A stretch of 64,000 nt of DNA from Candidatus Latescibacterota bacterium. GTDB taxonomy: Bacteria > Latescibacterota > UBA2968 > GCA-2709665. How positions within the stretch are numbered: position 1 is the stretch's first letter; every line of letters starts with the position of its first letter. Location: positions 64,001-128,000 of the forward strand of contig CAXXJS010000021.1 of assembly GCA_963662665.2 (NCBI GenBank). Direction: 5' to 3'. Positions 9,073 through 18,768 of the stretch are shown in pieces. The notes under the pieces were generated by a model. The model was given only the letters and a program-made list of their open reading frames with translations, ran no database searches and was not told the origin of the DNA. The position numbers were made by a program, and so were the translations under genes.

Positions 9073-9858
9073 TCAGGCAGATGCGCCGGAATAGTGACGG
9101 AGCCCCCACCGCCAGAACAAGCGCGAGGCGATCAGCATTCCGACCGCAACGAGGACCGCGGCCGAAAGGGACTCCGTGTCGAGCCGGCCGGTCAACGCCC
9201 GGGCGGGGACAGTGATTGCGAACGCGACGGGAACGATGAACGTCAGAATGAAGCGTAGCCAGTCAGGGTAGATGCCAATGGGCCAGCGGCCGGCCTGGAC
9301 CATCGCGTCGAAAATATTGAGGATGTTCTCGACCTTGATGTACCAGAATGAAATGGTAGACAAAACCAGGAAAAAGCTGTAGATCGTGGCCGCTCCGCAC
9401 AGCAGGACGAGGCCGAAGCTGAACGCGTCCATAACGCCGACACCGATGCCCCTCTTGAAAAGCGCATAGGACAGAACGATCCCGCCCAGCGCGAAGTCCG
9501 TTGCCTTCCAGATACGAAACTGGCTGATACTGATCAGAAACTGCGCATCCGCGGGCTTTGTGAGGGTATAGTCGAGCGTTCCGCGACGGACGTCCGTCAT
9601 CAATTGCGCCATGCTGGGCCGGATGACGATTGAGATCGCCCCGCCGATGATGATGAATACACCGATCAGGGCGAGCAGATCGTAGGACCTCCAGTCGCCC
9701 AGCGTTTCGGTATGCAGAAAGACCACGTAGACCCCGAGAAGCGCCTGTGCCAGACTCACTGCGGATTGAAAGATCTGGACGTAGAAGTTTACGCGATAGG
9801 CGAGTTCGTTGAGGACCCCGATCTTCAGAAACGTCCAAATGACAATCAGTCTGTGCAT
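9073..9858 (-). CDS. ABC-2 family (DUF990-type) transporter permease
   Basis: AYRVNF, GTLDYTLTKP, WPIGIYP, YSGASA end; multiple TM helices. Start set at MHRLIV (9858). Confidence 0.85.
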   Translation of the reverse strand: MHRLIVIWTFLKIGVLNELAYRVNFYVQIFQSAVSLAQALLGVYVVFLHTETLGDWRSYDLLALIGVFIIIGGAISIVIRPSMAQLMTDVRRGTLDYTLTKPADAQFLISISQFRIWKATDFALGGIVLSYALFKRGIGVGVMDAFSFGLVLLCGAATIYSFFLVLSTISFWYIKVENILNIFDAMVQAGRWPIGIYPDWLRFILTFIVPVAFAITVPARALTGRLDTESLSAAVLVAVGMLIASRLFWRWGLRHYSGASA

Positions 9859-9886
9859 GGTCCGGATCCCCGGTCCGTACGAAGAT

Positions 9887-10681
9887 TCAGGAACCCACTG
9901 CTGAATATTTCCTGACACCCCGGTACCAGACGAGTCTGACGATGCCAAATCCGATAATTACCCACACGACCTGCATCAGGAAACCGTGTGAGATCTGTGA
10001 ATCGCTGAGCCTTCCGAGGACGAGTTCCACGGGAAAGGCGACGGACCATTTAAAAGGGAGTACGTCGGCGATCGTCCGGGCCCAACCGGGAAGCAGGTCC
10101 AATGGTGCGATCCTGCCCGAGAGGAACAGGCCGAAAAGGAAGTACATCTGATTGACGGCGTCGTTTCGCGTTGTCCAGAAAGCAACCAGCGAGAGAGACC
10201 ACTCAACGAGGAACCGGAGGAGGTACGCAAGAATCAGCGATAACACAAAGAGGAGAACGCTTGTGAATTCAAAGTCAAACGTTGGATTGAAAAGGAGCCA
10301 GAGCACCGCCACGGAAGGGATCAGCACGCACAGCGTCAGGGTCTTGTAGCCGATGTTATCGGCAATGTCGCTGTGGATGGGATTTATCGGCTTCAGGAGC
10401 ATCGCGGAGAGTTCGCCGTGCTGTACGCGATAGCCCATTTCGTGCATGATCCAGGTGAAGGTCCACATGTTGACGACCATCAGCACGATATAGTACGCGG
10501 CGAACCCGCCCGCGTCGTAACCGGCCACTTCGCCGCCCCGCGCCAACGCGACGGTCGTCCACACGACACAATAGATCGTCGGTTCGAGAAGCCCCCCGAT
10601 CATCCAGATCGCCATGGCGACGCGGTATTGAAACTGAAGTGCAAGCGTGGTTTTCAGGTATGCCCAGTAAATCGCAAGCAT
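9887..10681 (-). CDS. ABC-2 family (DUF990-type) transporter permease
   Basis: QYRV, GELSAMLLKP, LSGRIAPLDLLP, KYSAVG end; about 6 TM helices. Confidence 0.85.
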   Translation of the reverse strand: MLAIYWAYLKTTLALQFQYRVAMAIWMIGGLLEPTIYCVVWTTVALARGGEVAGYDAGGFAAYYIVLMVVNMWTFTWIMHEMGYRVQHGELSAMLLKPINPIHSDIADNIGYKTLTLCVLIPSVAVLWLLFNPTFDFEFTSVLLFVLSLILAYLLRFLVEWSLSLVAFWTTRNDAVNQMYFLFGLFLSGRIAPLDLLPGWARTIADVLPFKWSVAFPVELVLGRLSDSQISHGFLMQVVWVIIGFGIVRLVWYRGVRKYSAVGS

Positions 10682-10840
10682 TGGTGTCGGTCGTCGCTCG
10701 GGTTTTTCGATGCAGATCGGATGCGGGGAAATACGGGAGGAAAAGTGTGAGACGGTTGGCAGCGTATCCCGGGGGCGCGTATCAAGCCCGGTGGAATCGA
10801 CGCCCGGATCCGCGGTCGGTTCCGATTTCGGTGTTTCAGT

Positions 10841-11872
10841 TCATGCTGAGACCGTTTTAGGGACCCCGGTTTCGGCGCCGGTCGGCGCGGTGTCGTCCTC
10901 AGGCGTCTCGACCGAGAATACCTGCTCAATGACTTCCTCGATGGGCGGGTCTTCAACCGTCAGGTCAAGCACCGGCAGATCCCCCAGAATTCTTGCTGTC
11001 ACCTGCGGGGTGGCCTCTTTAGGCACGCGCAAAGAGTAGCGCAGCCCGGTGGCTTCAACCACTTCTCCGTACGGAGAAAGGTCGGCGTTTTCGGTCTCGA
11101 GTTCGACGTCGATGGTCTTGTGCGGGGAGAACCGGGCGACAAGATCCGAAAGCGCGCCATCGAAGAGTATCTGACCGTGGTGGATGACGACAACACGCTT
11201 GCAGAGCGCTTCGACGTCGGCCATGTAGTGGCTTGTGAGCAGCACCGTTGCACCGTGCGTCCGGTTGTAGTCTTCCACAAAGGTTCGAATGCGGCGCTGC
11301 ATGGTGACGTCGAGCCCGATTGTGGGTTCGTCGAGGAACAGTACCTTCGGACGATGCAGCAGCGCGGCCGCGATTTCGCACTTCATCCGCTCACCTAGCG
11401 AGAGATTTCTTACCGGTTTCGGGAGAAGCGACCCCAACTGGAGCAGTTCCGTCAGTTCATCCAGCGTCTCTCTGTAGTCTCTGCGCGAAATCCGGTAGAC
11501 CGCCCGATTGCGTTCCAGAGAATCGATCATCGGGATGTCCCAGATCAGCTGGTTGCGCTGTCCCATCACGAGCGTAATCTGGCTGAGGAAAGCCTTTTCG
11601 CGCCGGTGAGGGATATGACCCAGGACGTCGGCCGTGCCTTCCGTGGGATAGAGCAACCCCGAGAGCATCTTGAGCGTTGTGGTCTTTCCCGCCCCGTTGG
11701 GACCGAGAAAGCCGACGATCTCGCCCGGTTCGACGCTGAAGGAAGTCGCCTCGACGGCCTTGACCACCCTCGTTTTACGTTTGACGAGGCTCTTGAGCGC
11801 GGCGCGCAGACCGGCCTCGCGTTCGGGTACGACGTAGTACTTGGAGAGGTCTCTAATCGTGATGGCATGCAT
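10841..11872 (-). CDS. ABC transporter ATP-binding protein
   Basis: Walker A GPNGAGKT, signature LSLGE, Walker B LFLDEPT, H-loop TSH. Confidence 0.93.
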   Translation of the reverse strand: MHAITIRDLSKYYVVPEREAGLRAALKSLVKRKTRVVKAVEATSFSVEPGEIVGFLGPNGAGKTTTLKMLSGLLYPTEGTADVLGHIPHRREKAFLSQITLVMGQRNQLIWDIPMIDSLERNRAVYRISRRDYRETLDELTELLQLGSLLPKPVRNLSLGERMKCEIAAALLHRPKVLFLDEPTIGLDVTMQRRIRTFVEDYNRTHGATVLLTSHYMADVEALCKRVVVIHHGQILFDGALSDLVARFSPHKTIDVELETENADLSPYGEVVEATGLRYSLRVPKEATPQVTARILGDLPVLDLTVEDPPIEEVIEQVFSVETPEDDTAPTGAETGVPKTVSA

Positions 11873-12090
11873 GTGAGCTTGGCTGCCGTTGCCCGCGGCG
11901 TTGCATGAACTTGCATGGATGAAGCGGGTGTGCGTTGGGAGTCCGTGAAATCAAGGCGCCCCACCAGGAGGTGCAATAACCGGCTCCGGACTATTGTTAT
12001 CACGTAGGACGAGCCGCCGGTCTGTTGAATTCGGCGGCTCCTGACGGAAAGAAGCGCAATGCCGCTACAGGCAGAATACAGATCCGCCAT

Positions 12091-13323
12091 TCATACCTGA
12101 ACCGTGTCCTGTATCACCCGCCAGTCCGATTCCGTCATGTCATTGTAATGCCAGTAAATGAGGGTCGTCAGGCCGCCGTGTTCAACGGTGTGCAGCAGGT
12201 GTTCGAGTTCGCGACTGTCCATGCGGACACCACCGTGGTGCAGCCCCATCCAGGGTCGGATGCGGGAAACGTCACCCACACGCTCTCGCATCTTGAAGAT
12301 TTCGCTGAGGGCCACCTGCCCGAAGAACTCAGCGGGCAATGGAGCGTCCAGGTCCGCGAGGCATCTGACGCCGGGAACCCACAGGGCGAAGAGTTCGCGC
12401 ACGCGGTCGAGCGCTTCCGGTTCGTTCATGCCGGGGTTCCACGCGCACAGGGTTTCGGCCCAGCGATACAGCGTGCCTTTCAGGCCATCGATTCCGTGTT
12501 GCCAGAAATAGAGTTTCGGGCACTGGAAGTCGACGATTTCCGATAGGCGTCCGAAATTGTAGCCGGTAAGCGGCGCAAAGGCGGGCAGGCGGGGGCCGCA
12601 GGCCACCTTGCGCGCCGGCTCCAGGGATCTGGCGGTATCGGCAAATGCGCCGACGTAGTGCTCGATGCTGTCGGTCTTGAAACGGAACCAGTCGAATAGG
12701 CCGGGGTTTGCGACCAGCGCGTCGAGGCCGTCGATCAGCCCGCGTTCCCGGCGGCCCGGCGGCAGATCCCCCAGACTCCCAAGACGATCCTTCAGCCGCG
12801 CCCGCGCCTGCCACAGGACATCGAAATCGTACCCCCATTCTGCGGCTCGCGTACGGCAGCAGTCGCAGTCGCACCGGAACAGATTGCTCCGATAGTCGGG
12901 TGCGATTTCGTACCCCCACTCCGGTCCGTCCAGGATGAATCCGTCCACCCCGGGGAAACTCCGCACGACGTCTCGCGTCCGCGCGGGTCCGTACCTGAGT
13001 TTCTCCGGATCGTTGATGCAGCCAGGGGCGGATTGAAGCCAATCGTGCAGATACACGCCGAAGTTCCGGTCTTTCGCCCGCTCAACGGCGCGTTGAAGGG
13101 TTTCAAACCTGGGCATGTCTTCGGGCGACATTTCCGGCGGACGGGTCTCACATTCGCTATAGAGTTCAGGCGTGGGCGGATACGCCGGCGATGACCCGAA
13201 TCTCAGGTCACCGAGCACGATCTTGTCGATGCCCACGCTTTCCAGGCGGTCCAGGATGTGGTCGGCGCCTTCTTCTTCGAAGGCGTCGATCCGGCCGATA
13301 AACATCCAGATATCGAGTGACAT
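12091..13323 (-). CDS. Hypothetical protein, possible glycoside-hydrolase-like TIM barrel
   Basis: 410-aa ORF with GAGG SD; DGFILDGPEWGYE followed by CDCDCC, DWFRFK and DFQCPKLY resemble GH-like (beta/alpha)8 proteins. Function not assignable. Confidence 0.65.
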   Translation of the reverse strand: MSLDIWMFIGRIDAFEEEGADHILDRLESVGIDKIVLGDLRFGSSPAYPPTPELYSECETRPPEMSPEDMPRFETLQRAVERAKDRNFGVYLHDWLQSAPGCINDPEKLRYGPARTRDVVRSFPGVDGFILDGPEWGYEIAPDYRSNLFRCDCDCCRTRAAEWGYDFDVLWQARARLKDRLGSLGDLPPGRRERGLIDGLDALVANPGLFDWFRFKTDSIEHYVGAFADTARSLEPARKVACGPRLPAFAPLTGYNFGRLSEIVDFQCPKLYFWQHGIDGLKGTLYRWAETLCAWNPGMNEPEALDRVRELFALWVPGVRCLADLDAPLPAEFFGQVALSEIFKMRERVGDVSRIRPWMGLHHGGVRMDSRELEHLLHTVEHGGLTTLIYWHYNDMTESDWRVIQDTVQV

Positions 13324-13336
13324 GGACGGTCCTCAC

Positions 13337-13367
13337 AAAAGGAGGGCGGGTATGAAACCCCGCCCTC
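13337..13367 (-). terminator. Putative intrinsic terminator after nadA
   Basis: GAGGGCGGG/CCCGCCCTC stem followed by CTTTT on the minus strand. Confidence 0.55.
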
Positions 13368-13389
13368 AAGGCTCGGGATGTCTGCTAAT

Positions 13390-14439
13390 TCAGCCAATTT
13401 CCAGCATCCGGTCCACCGCGCGTCTGGCGCGGATGCGGATATCTTCGGGCACTTCGATCACCTGTTCGTTGTTTTTCAGGGCGTTCAGCGTGTCTTCAAG
13501 TGTAATCTCGTTCATATGCGGGCAGCGGATGCTGCATAGCCTTACCATTTCCTTGTCCGGGTTATCGGCCATGATATTATCGCCCATGCTGCATTCTGTA
13601 AGCAGCAGATAGCTGGAAGCTTCGGTCTCCTGAACAAAAGCGCTCATTTTGGACGTGCTGCTGGAAAAGTCGGAAGCCGCCACAACTTCAGGGCTGCACT
13701 CGGGATGGGAAAGAACGAGTACCCCCGGGAACTGCTCGCGAACGTGGGTGACATCGTCGACCGTGAATTTCTCGTGCACTTCGCACCGGCCGTGCCAGCC
13801 GATCATCTCGTATTCGAGCTCCGCTCCCGTCAGATCGGGCTCCTCCCGTGTGGGGAAGATGATTCGCTTGCCGGTTTCCTGGGCGACGTTGGCCGCCAGA
13901 TATTCGTCTGGCAGAAAGATGACGGTTTCGCTCTCAAGTGATTCAACGACCCTTGCGGCGTTACTGGACGTGCAGCAGACGTCGCATTCCGCTTTCACGT
14001 CTGCATAGGTGTTGATATAAGTGACAATGGGAACGTCCGGGTAATCCCTTCTCAGCCTCCGAACGTCTTCGGCGGAGATGCTTGCCGCCAGCGAACAACC
14101 CGCAATCCTCGCCGGCAGAAGAACGGTCTTGTCCGGGTTGAGAATCTTTGCGGTTTCCGCCATGAAACGCACGCCGCAGAATACGATGGGGTCGCAATCG
14201 GTTTCGGCGGCTTTTCGGCTGAGTTCGAGCGAATCGCCCACCACGTCGGGCACCGTATGGAAGAGCGCCGGTTCCATGTAGTTGTGCCCCAGGATGATGG
14301 CGCCGCGTTCTTCCTTCAGGCGGTTGATCTCGTGGACCAGTTCGGCTTTATACAGAAGCTCGATTTCCGGCACGATGCCGCTGAGTTTGCGCTCCATCCG
14401 TTCGTATGTTTCCTGGAGCGTATCTGTCAGAATTGCCAT
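13390..14439 (-). CDS. nadA: Quinolinate synthase
   Basis: ILGHNY, GDSLELS, FCGVRFMAETAKILNPDK, GCSLA, YINT, TSSNA, CEVHE, HPEC, CPHM. Confidence 0.96.
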   Translation of the reverse strand: MAILTDTLQETYERMERKLSGIVPEIELLYKAELVHEINRLKEERGAIILGHNYMEPALFHTVPDVVGDSLELSRKAAETDCDPIVFCGVRFMAETAKILNPDKTVLLPARIAGCSLAASISAEDVRRLRRDYPDVPIVTYINTYADVKAECDVCCTSSNAARVVESLESETVIFLPDEYLAANVAQETGKRIIFPTREEPDLTGAELEYEMIGWHGRCEVHEKFTVDDVTHVREQFPGVLVLSHPECSPEVVAASDFSSSTSKMSAFVQETEASSYLLLTECSMGDNIMADNPDKEMVRLCSIRCPHMNEITLEDTLNALKNNEQVIEVPEDIRIRARRAVDRMLEIG

Positions 14440-14678
14440 GACGTCGATCTCCGTGCCCGTTCAATGCGGGTTTATTAGCGCTAAAGATAACCAAAGTTCT
14501 CCGTATCGGCAAGGGGTTAGCGTACAAGATCTTTTCGCCCCGGTCAGGATGCGGCGTGACGTTAGAGCGGAACTGCGCCGTGGTGGCAGAGACGTCCCGC
14601 CGATGCTGCCAACGGCAGGGCGACGGGCGCGGTAGCGCCGGCTCGAGGGTGAATCACTGCGTCCGGCGGCGCATCCGT

Positions 14679-15737
14679 CTAGTCTCGAAGATCCGCCTGC
14701 CGAGAACGCTTAAGGAGCTCCGCTTCCGCCGCTTCCCGGTCCGCGTCGGTATTGAGAGGAGTTACCGTGACCCCGGCCGCGGGCCGCGGCGAAAGGATCC
14801 GGCCCGCGCCGGCGTTTCGCAACGCACGGACAACCGGATCGGGATCCGGCGCCAGCGCGATGATGGTGCCGCCGCCGCCGGCCCCTGCAAGCTTGGCCCC
14901 CAGAGCGCCGGCGTTCATCGCCGCCTGGATGAGGCGTTCGTTTTCCGGTCCGGAACCGCCCAGTTCCCGCTGTATCTCGTGATTCTCGACCATCAGTTCG
15001 CCCAGTGTGGGCCAGTCTCTTTCCAGGATTGCCCGTTTTCCCATCCGCGCCACGTGGGCAATCCGGAGATAGCCGCGTACGACCTCCCGGTCACCTTCCA
15101 GCCAGCGTTCCCGAATCGGACGATGCACCAGGGACGAGTCGCGTTTCACACCCGTGTGAGCCAGGATAAAGGGGCATTCGTCTACGTATGGCGCCAGGGG
15201 CTCCACTGTGGCATAGGGTTCGTCAGCAAGCGCACGGTAAAACTGTTTCTCCCGAAAATCCAGAAAGTTCAGCCCTCCGATCGTGCACATATAGGCGTCC
15301 TGGTAGCCACAAAGAACAAGGTAATGCAGTTCGATGTGGCGGGCCATTTCTGCACGGTAGTACACGTGAACCGACCGGCCTATGTAGGCCAGAATGGCGT
15401 TGAGAATGGAGACGATCAGAGCGGATGAACTGGATAGACCCGCACGAAAGGGGACGTCGCACGCCCATCGCAGCGAGAACAGCGCCTTCTTGAGGCTGAG
15501 GAAATCGACGACGGCCTTCGCAACATCGAAATATCCGCCGTCCGGTTTCAATTGTTCAGAGGTGCGGACCACGTGGCGGCAACCCGCAGTTTCAAAGACG
15601 AGTTCGTCAGCGGCTTCGATCAGTACGACGGCGCGTTCCACCGTGGAACAGGAGATGACGCTGCCGCCGTACATGTCGGTGGGGTTGCCTATAATGCCGG
15701 CTCGGCCCGGCGCCGTGCTCAGGTAAGCCCCCGGCAT
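14679..15737 (-). CDS. GHMP-family sugar kinase (glucuronokinase/heptose-kinase-like)
   Basis: APGRAGIIGNPTDMYGG, PFRAGLSSSSA ATP loop, CGYQD, GAKLAGAGGGG. Confidence 0.85.
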   Translation of the reverse strand: MPGAYLSTAPGRAGIIGNPTDMYGGSVISCSTVERAVVLIEAADELVFETAGCRHVVRTSEQLKPDGGYFDVAKAVVDFLSLKKALFSLRWACDVPFRAGLSSSSALIVSILNAILAYIGRSVHVYYRAEMARHIELHYLVLCGYQDAYMCTIGGLNFLDFREKQFYRALADEPYATVEPLAPYVDECPFILAHTGVKRDSSLVHRPIRERWLEGDREVVRGYLRIAHVARMGKRAILERDWPTLGELMVENHEIQRELGGSGPENERLIQAAMNAGALGAKLAGAGGGGTIIALAPDPDPVVRALRNAGAGRILSPRPAAGVTVTPLNTDADREAAEAELLKRSRQADLRD

Positions 15738-15739
15738 AT

Positions 15740-16645
15740 TCAGAATTCCCTCAGCTGTTTCTGAATATGCTGGCGGATGATATACCCGTGGCGCTGATCG
15801 GAGATGGCGAAGTCGATAAAGGCTTTGTAGTAAGAAACGGGGTCGCCGATGCCGTATCGTATTTCTTCCTCTTTCAGCCGGACACAGCGTACGTTCCGGC
15901 CCATTTTGATTAGCGTCGCTATGGCATCCGTGAGTTCCAGTTTCCCGCTGGGACCGGGCAGGGTATGACGGAGCGCATCGAATATCTCGGGATGAAACAC
16001 ATACCGGGCGGCGACTGCGAGGCGACTGGGCGCGTCGGCGATAGCCGGCTTTTCCACGATGCTCTCAATCTCGAAATCAGTCCCTGCTCTGCCTTTTGGT
16101 TTGACAATACCGTAGTTGGGCACTTCCGAGGGCTCTACCTCCACTACGGCGATCGTACAGCGGGAATCGTGCTGGAAGTGGGATCTGATCATTCTCCGCA
16201 TCAATCCCGCGTGGTTCCCTGATTTTACAATTGTATCACCAAGCGCGACAATAAAGGAATCGTCTCCAACGAAGTTTTCCGCGCCGGCCACGGCGTCTCC
16301 GATTCCGGGCGGTGTGTGCCGCCCATGGGGAATGAGCTGTCGGGTGTAAAAAAACCTGACCGTTGCACGTCCGTAATCCACCACGTCAAGCAACTCGCGG
16401 TTTTCACTCTCCGATAGGCGATTCAACAGTTCAGGGTCCCGATCGAAGTGGTCTTCCACAGACCGTTTATCGCGCCCGGTAATGAACAGGAAATTCGTCA
16501 GGCCCTGGTCTACCATTTCTTCCACGACGTATTGAACCACGGGTTTACACGCCACCGGGAGCATCTCTTTCGGTTGCGATTTGGTGGCCGGCAGCAGTCC
16601 GGTGCCCATACCGGCTAACGGGATAACGACCTTCTCGATGTCCAT
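15740..16645 (-). CDS. Sugar-1-phosphate nucleotidylyltransferase, GalU-like (divergent)
   Basis: VIPLAGMGTGLLPATKSQPKEMLPV, EDHFD, LGD, YGIV, VEKP, LELTDAI; signature Arg is replaced by Gly. Confidence 0.85.
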   Translation of the reverse strand: MDIEKVVIPLAGMGTGLLPATKSQPKEMLPVACKPVVQYVVEEMVDQGLTNFLFITGRDKRSVEDHFDRDPELLNRLSESENRELLDVVDYGRATVRFFYTRQLIPHGRHTPPGIGDAVAGAENFVGDDSFIVALGDTIVKSGNHAGLMRRMIRSHFQHDSRCTIAVVEVEPSEVPNYGIVKPKGRAGTDFEIESIVEKPAIADAPSRLAVAARYVFHPEIFDALRHTLPGPSGKLELTDAIATLIKMGRNVRCVRLKEEEIRYGIGDPVSYYKAFIDFAISDQRHGYIIRQHIQKQLREF

Positions 16646-16770
16646 ACTACCGAACTCCCCTTCGAACGGATTGAGTAAGCTTGTCGGGCCTGGCAGGGGC
16701 CACCCTGCGGCTTCGAATTGCGAAGGCCGCTTTGCACGTACAGCCGGAGCGGGAACCTGAATGCGGCGAA

Positions 16771-16807
16771 TATAAAATCAGGGCGTGCCTGCTGCGGCAC
16801 ACCCTGA
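16771..16807 (-). terminator. Putative intrinsic terminator after trxA
   Basis: TCAGGGTGTGCC-GCAGCA-GGCACGCCCTGA followed by TTTTATA on the minus strand. Confidence 0.6.
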
Positions 16808-16875
16808 ATTCGATGTGACAGTCGTGGTTCGAAACGCGTCCGCTCAGGTCGTTTTCGGACAGCGTGGCCGCTTCT

Positions 16876-17199
16876 CTACAACACGGCCTCGAGTTTATCG
16901 ACCAATTGTTTTTTAGGGACCGCGCCAACGATCTGGTCGGCCAGTTCGCCGTTTTTGAATATAAGCAGTGTCGGTATACTGCGGATGCCAAAGTCGGAGG
17001 CGATTTTCTGTTCGGAGTCCACGTCGACTTTGCCGACCTTGACCCGGCCCTCGTACTCGACGGCAAGTTCGTCTACAATAGGAGCAACCATGCGGCATGG
17101 TCCGCACCAGACAGCCCAGAAGTCCACGAGCACCGGGATGGTGGATTCGACCACTTCAGACTGAAAACTATCGTCGGTTATGGTAATTGCATTTGCCAA
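16876..17199 (-). CDS. trxA: Thioredoxin
   Basis: VDFWAVWCGPCRM, GIRSIPTL; TTG start with AAAGG SD. Confidence 0.97.
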   Translation of the reverse strand: MANAITITDDSFQSEVVESTIPVLVDFWAVWCGPCRMVAPIVDELAVEYEGRVKVGKVDVDSEQKIASDFGIRSIPTLLIFKNGELADQIVGAVPKKQLVDKLEAVL

Positions 17200-17324
17200 G
17201 GCACGTACCGCCTTTCTCCGTTGGTTTTAAGGAACATTGAAAAATTGCCAGCTGAGACGTGAGTGGACGGACCGACTTGCGTCAGACACGGACCGTGGAC
17301 ATTCGGCTCCGTCAGGAAATGTGA

Positions 17325-17353
17325 AATCTACCAAGTTTTCACGGGCATGTCAA
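17325..17353 (-). promoter_or_regulatory. Sigma70-type promoter of trxA
   Basis: TTGACA, 17 bp spacer, TAGATT with extended -10 TG on the minus strand. Confidence 0.65.
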
Positions 17354-17404
17354 GAATCAGAAAAACGGGTGGAAGCTCAAGGGAAGAGGCGACCTGGATC
17401 CGGT

Positions 17405-18433
17405 TCAGCCGGTCGGACCGGAACACATCCGACAGATGAGCCCCGTAAGGGTGGCGGCCGGCGCACGAGAACGGGACTTCAGCCGGTTATCCGCGTCCAG
17501 GAGCGCGTCGTAAGCCTGCCACAGGCTCCGGTCATCGAACTGCTCCGCCTGTCCGACATAGTTGGATAGAAAGAAAGGGGGCACCTTCAGTTTTCCCGCC
17601 AATTCAGATCGGGACAGCCCCTGATTCCGGAGCCAGCGTGCCTTACGAAGAATTCCGATATGCCGTATGAGCATCGCGACAACAGCCACCGGGTTGTCGC
17701 CCCGATCGAGCAGGTGGTGGAGAACCGCCAGGGCTTCGTCGGCTTTCCGATTCCCCACGGCATCCGCAAGCTCAAAAACCGTCGCGCTCCGCGAACCGCC
17801 AGCCACCTGGATGACGTCGTCTCGCGTGATGGTATCTCGTTCGTCTGCATATATGGAAAGCTTCTCGATTTCGCTGGCGAGTTCGCCGGGACTCGGGCCT
17901 ACGCCGAGGTGAAGCAGGTGCGCGGCATCAGGTTCGATCCGTTTATTCAGGGCGGCCGCGCGTCTTCGAATCCACTCCGGGAGTTCCCTCTCGTAAGGCG
18001 GCTTGAATTCTATCGCGACGGCGTTCTTTCGCAACGCGACGCTGAGCTTCTTTCGACCGTCCAATTTGTCCGCTGTGATAATTAGAACAGTGGAATCGAC
18101 AGGTTTGTCAATAAGGGTCAGGAGCGTTCGCGCGTCGGTGTCCCGCAACCGTTCCACCCGTTTGACAACGACAACCCTGCGCGACGCCATCATCGGAAAG
18201 GCGGTTGCCCGGCTGACAGCGTCGGCCACGTCCATATCTTCACCGCGGAATATATCCAGGTTGAAGGCGCGTAACGCGGGATCGACAGCAGCATCCACAA
18301 GGGCTTTCAGGCTTTCTTCCTTGCTGACGTTCTCAGATCCGTGCATCAAATAGAGCGGTGCAAATTCGCCCCGTTGAATCTGTGCGGTCAGCCTATCCTG
18401 CGGGTTGCCTGATTTAGATCTGGATTTGGCCAC
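17405..18433 (-). CDS. holA: DNA polymerase III delta subunit
   Basis: PLYLMHGSE, AFNLDIFRGE, FPMMASRRVVVVK, LDGRKK, SEIEKL, VFELADAV, ADNRLKS. GTG start 18433 inferred. Confidence 0.9.
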   Translation of the reverse strand: MAKSRSKSGNPQDRLTAQIQRGEFAPLYLMHGSENVSKEESLKALVDAAVDPALRAFNLDIFRGEDMDVADAVSRATAFPMMASRRVVVVKRVERLRDTDARTLLTLIDKPVDSTVLIITADKLDGRKKLSVALRKNAVAIEFKPPYERELPEWIRRRAAALNKRIEPDAAHLLHLGVGPSPGELASEIEKLSIYADERDTITRDDVIQVAGGSRSATVFELADAVGNRKADEALAVLHHLLDRGDNPVAVVAMLIRHIGILRKARWLRNQGLSRSELAGKLKVPPFFLSNYVGQAEQFDDRSLWQAYDALLDADNRLKSRSRAPAATLTGLICRMCSGPTG

Positions 18434-18564
18434 GGTCGTGGTAAATGCAAGAGATGCAGAAGATATCAAAACAGGTAAGGAACGACGCTGCCAGAAAGCG
18501 CTAGCGTGCTGTCTCACCCACGCAGACAGGCGGATGAATGGCGACATATTTCCGGGACGGGTCG

Positions 18565-18756
18565 CTAGCCGTCCAGGTCCCGAAATTCAGCATCCCTGAT
18601 CCGGTTCTTGTTGACGTCCCAGGATGGCTTCTTGCCGTGTGAACGTGACCCCCCCTTCCGGCGCCAGACCCATCGAAGCGAGGAGCGCAAAACATCCCTG
18701 AGTATACGGTATACGAGACCCAGCAACAGGCAAAAAAGGAAAATGCGCAACAACAT
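18565..18756 (-). CDS. Small single-pass membrane protein
   Basis: GGAG SD; N-terminal TM helix, basic linker, C-terminal IRDAEFRDL motif; fills the purM-holA gap. Confidence 0.6.
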   Translation of the reverse strand: MLLRIFLFCLLLGLVYRILRDVLRSSLRWVWRRKGGSRSHGKKPSWDVNKNRIRDAEFRDLDG

Positions 18757-18768
18757 GGTGTACTCCCG

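Noticed and set aside
14440-14520. Possible NAD riboswitch upstream of nadA
   Set aside because: A promoter-like TTGCCG-17-TATCTT leaves only about 40 nt of leader, and I could not recognise the motif.
16647-16870. Hairpin-rich trxA-galU spacer as an ncRNA (SRP, tRNA-Sec)
   Set aside because: No SRP or tRNA consensus was found; it is adequately explained by a terminator plus a leader.
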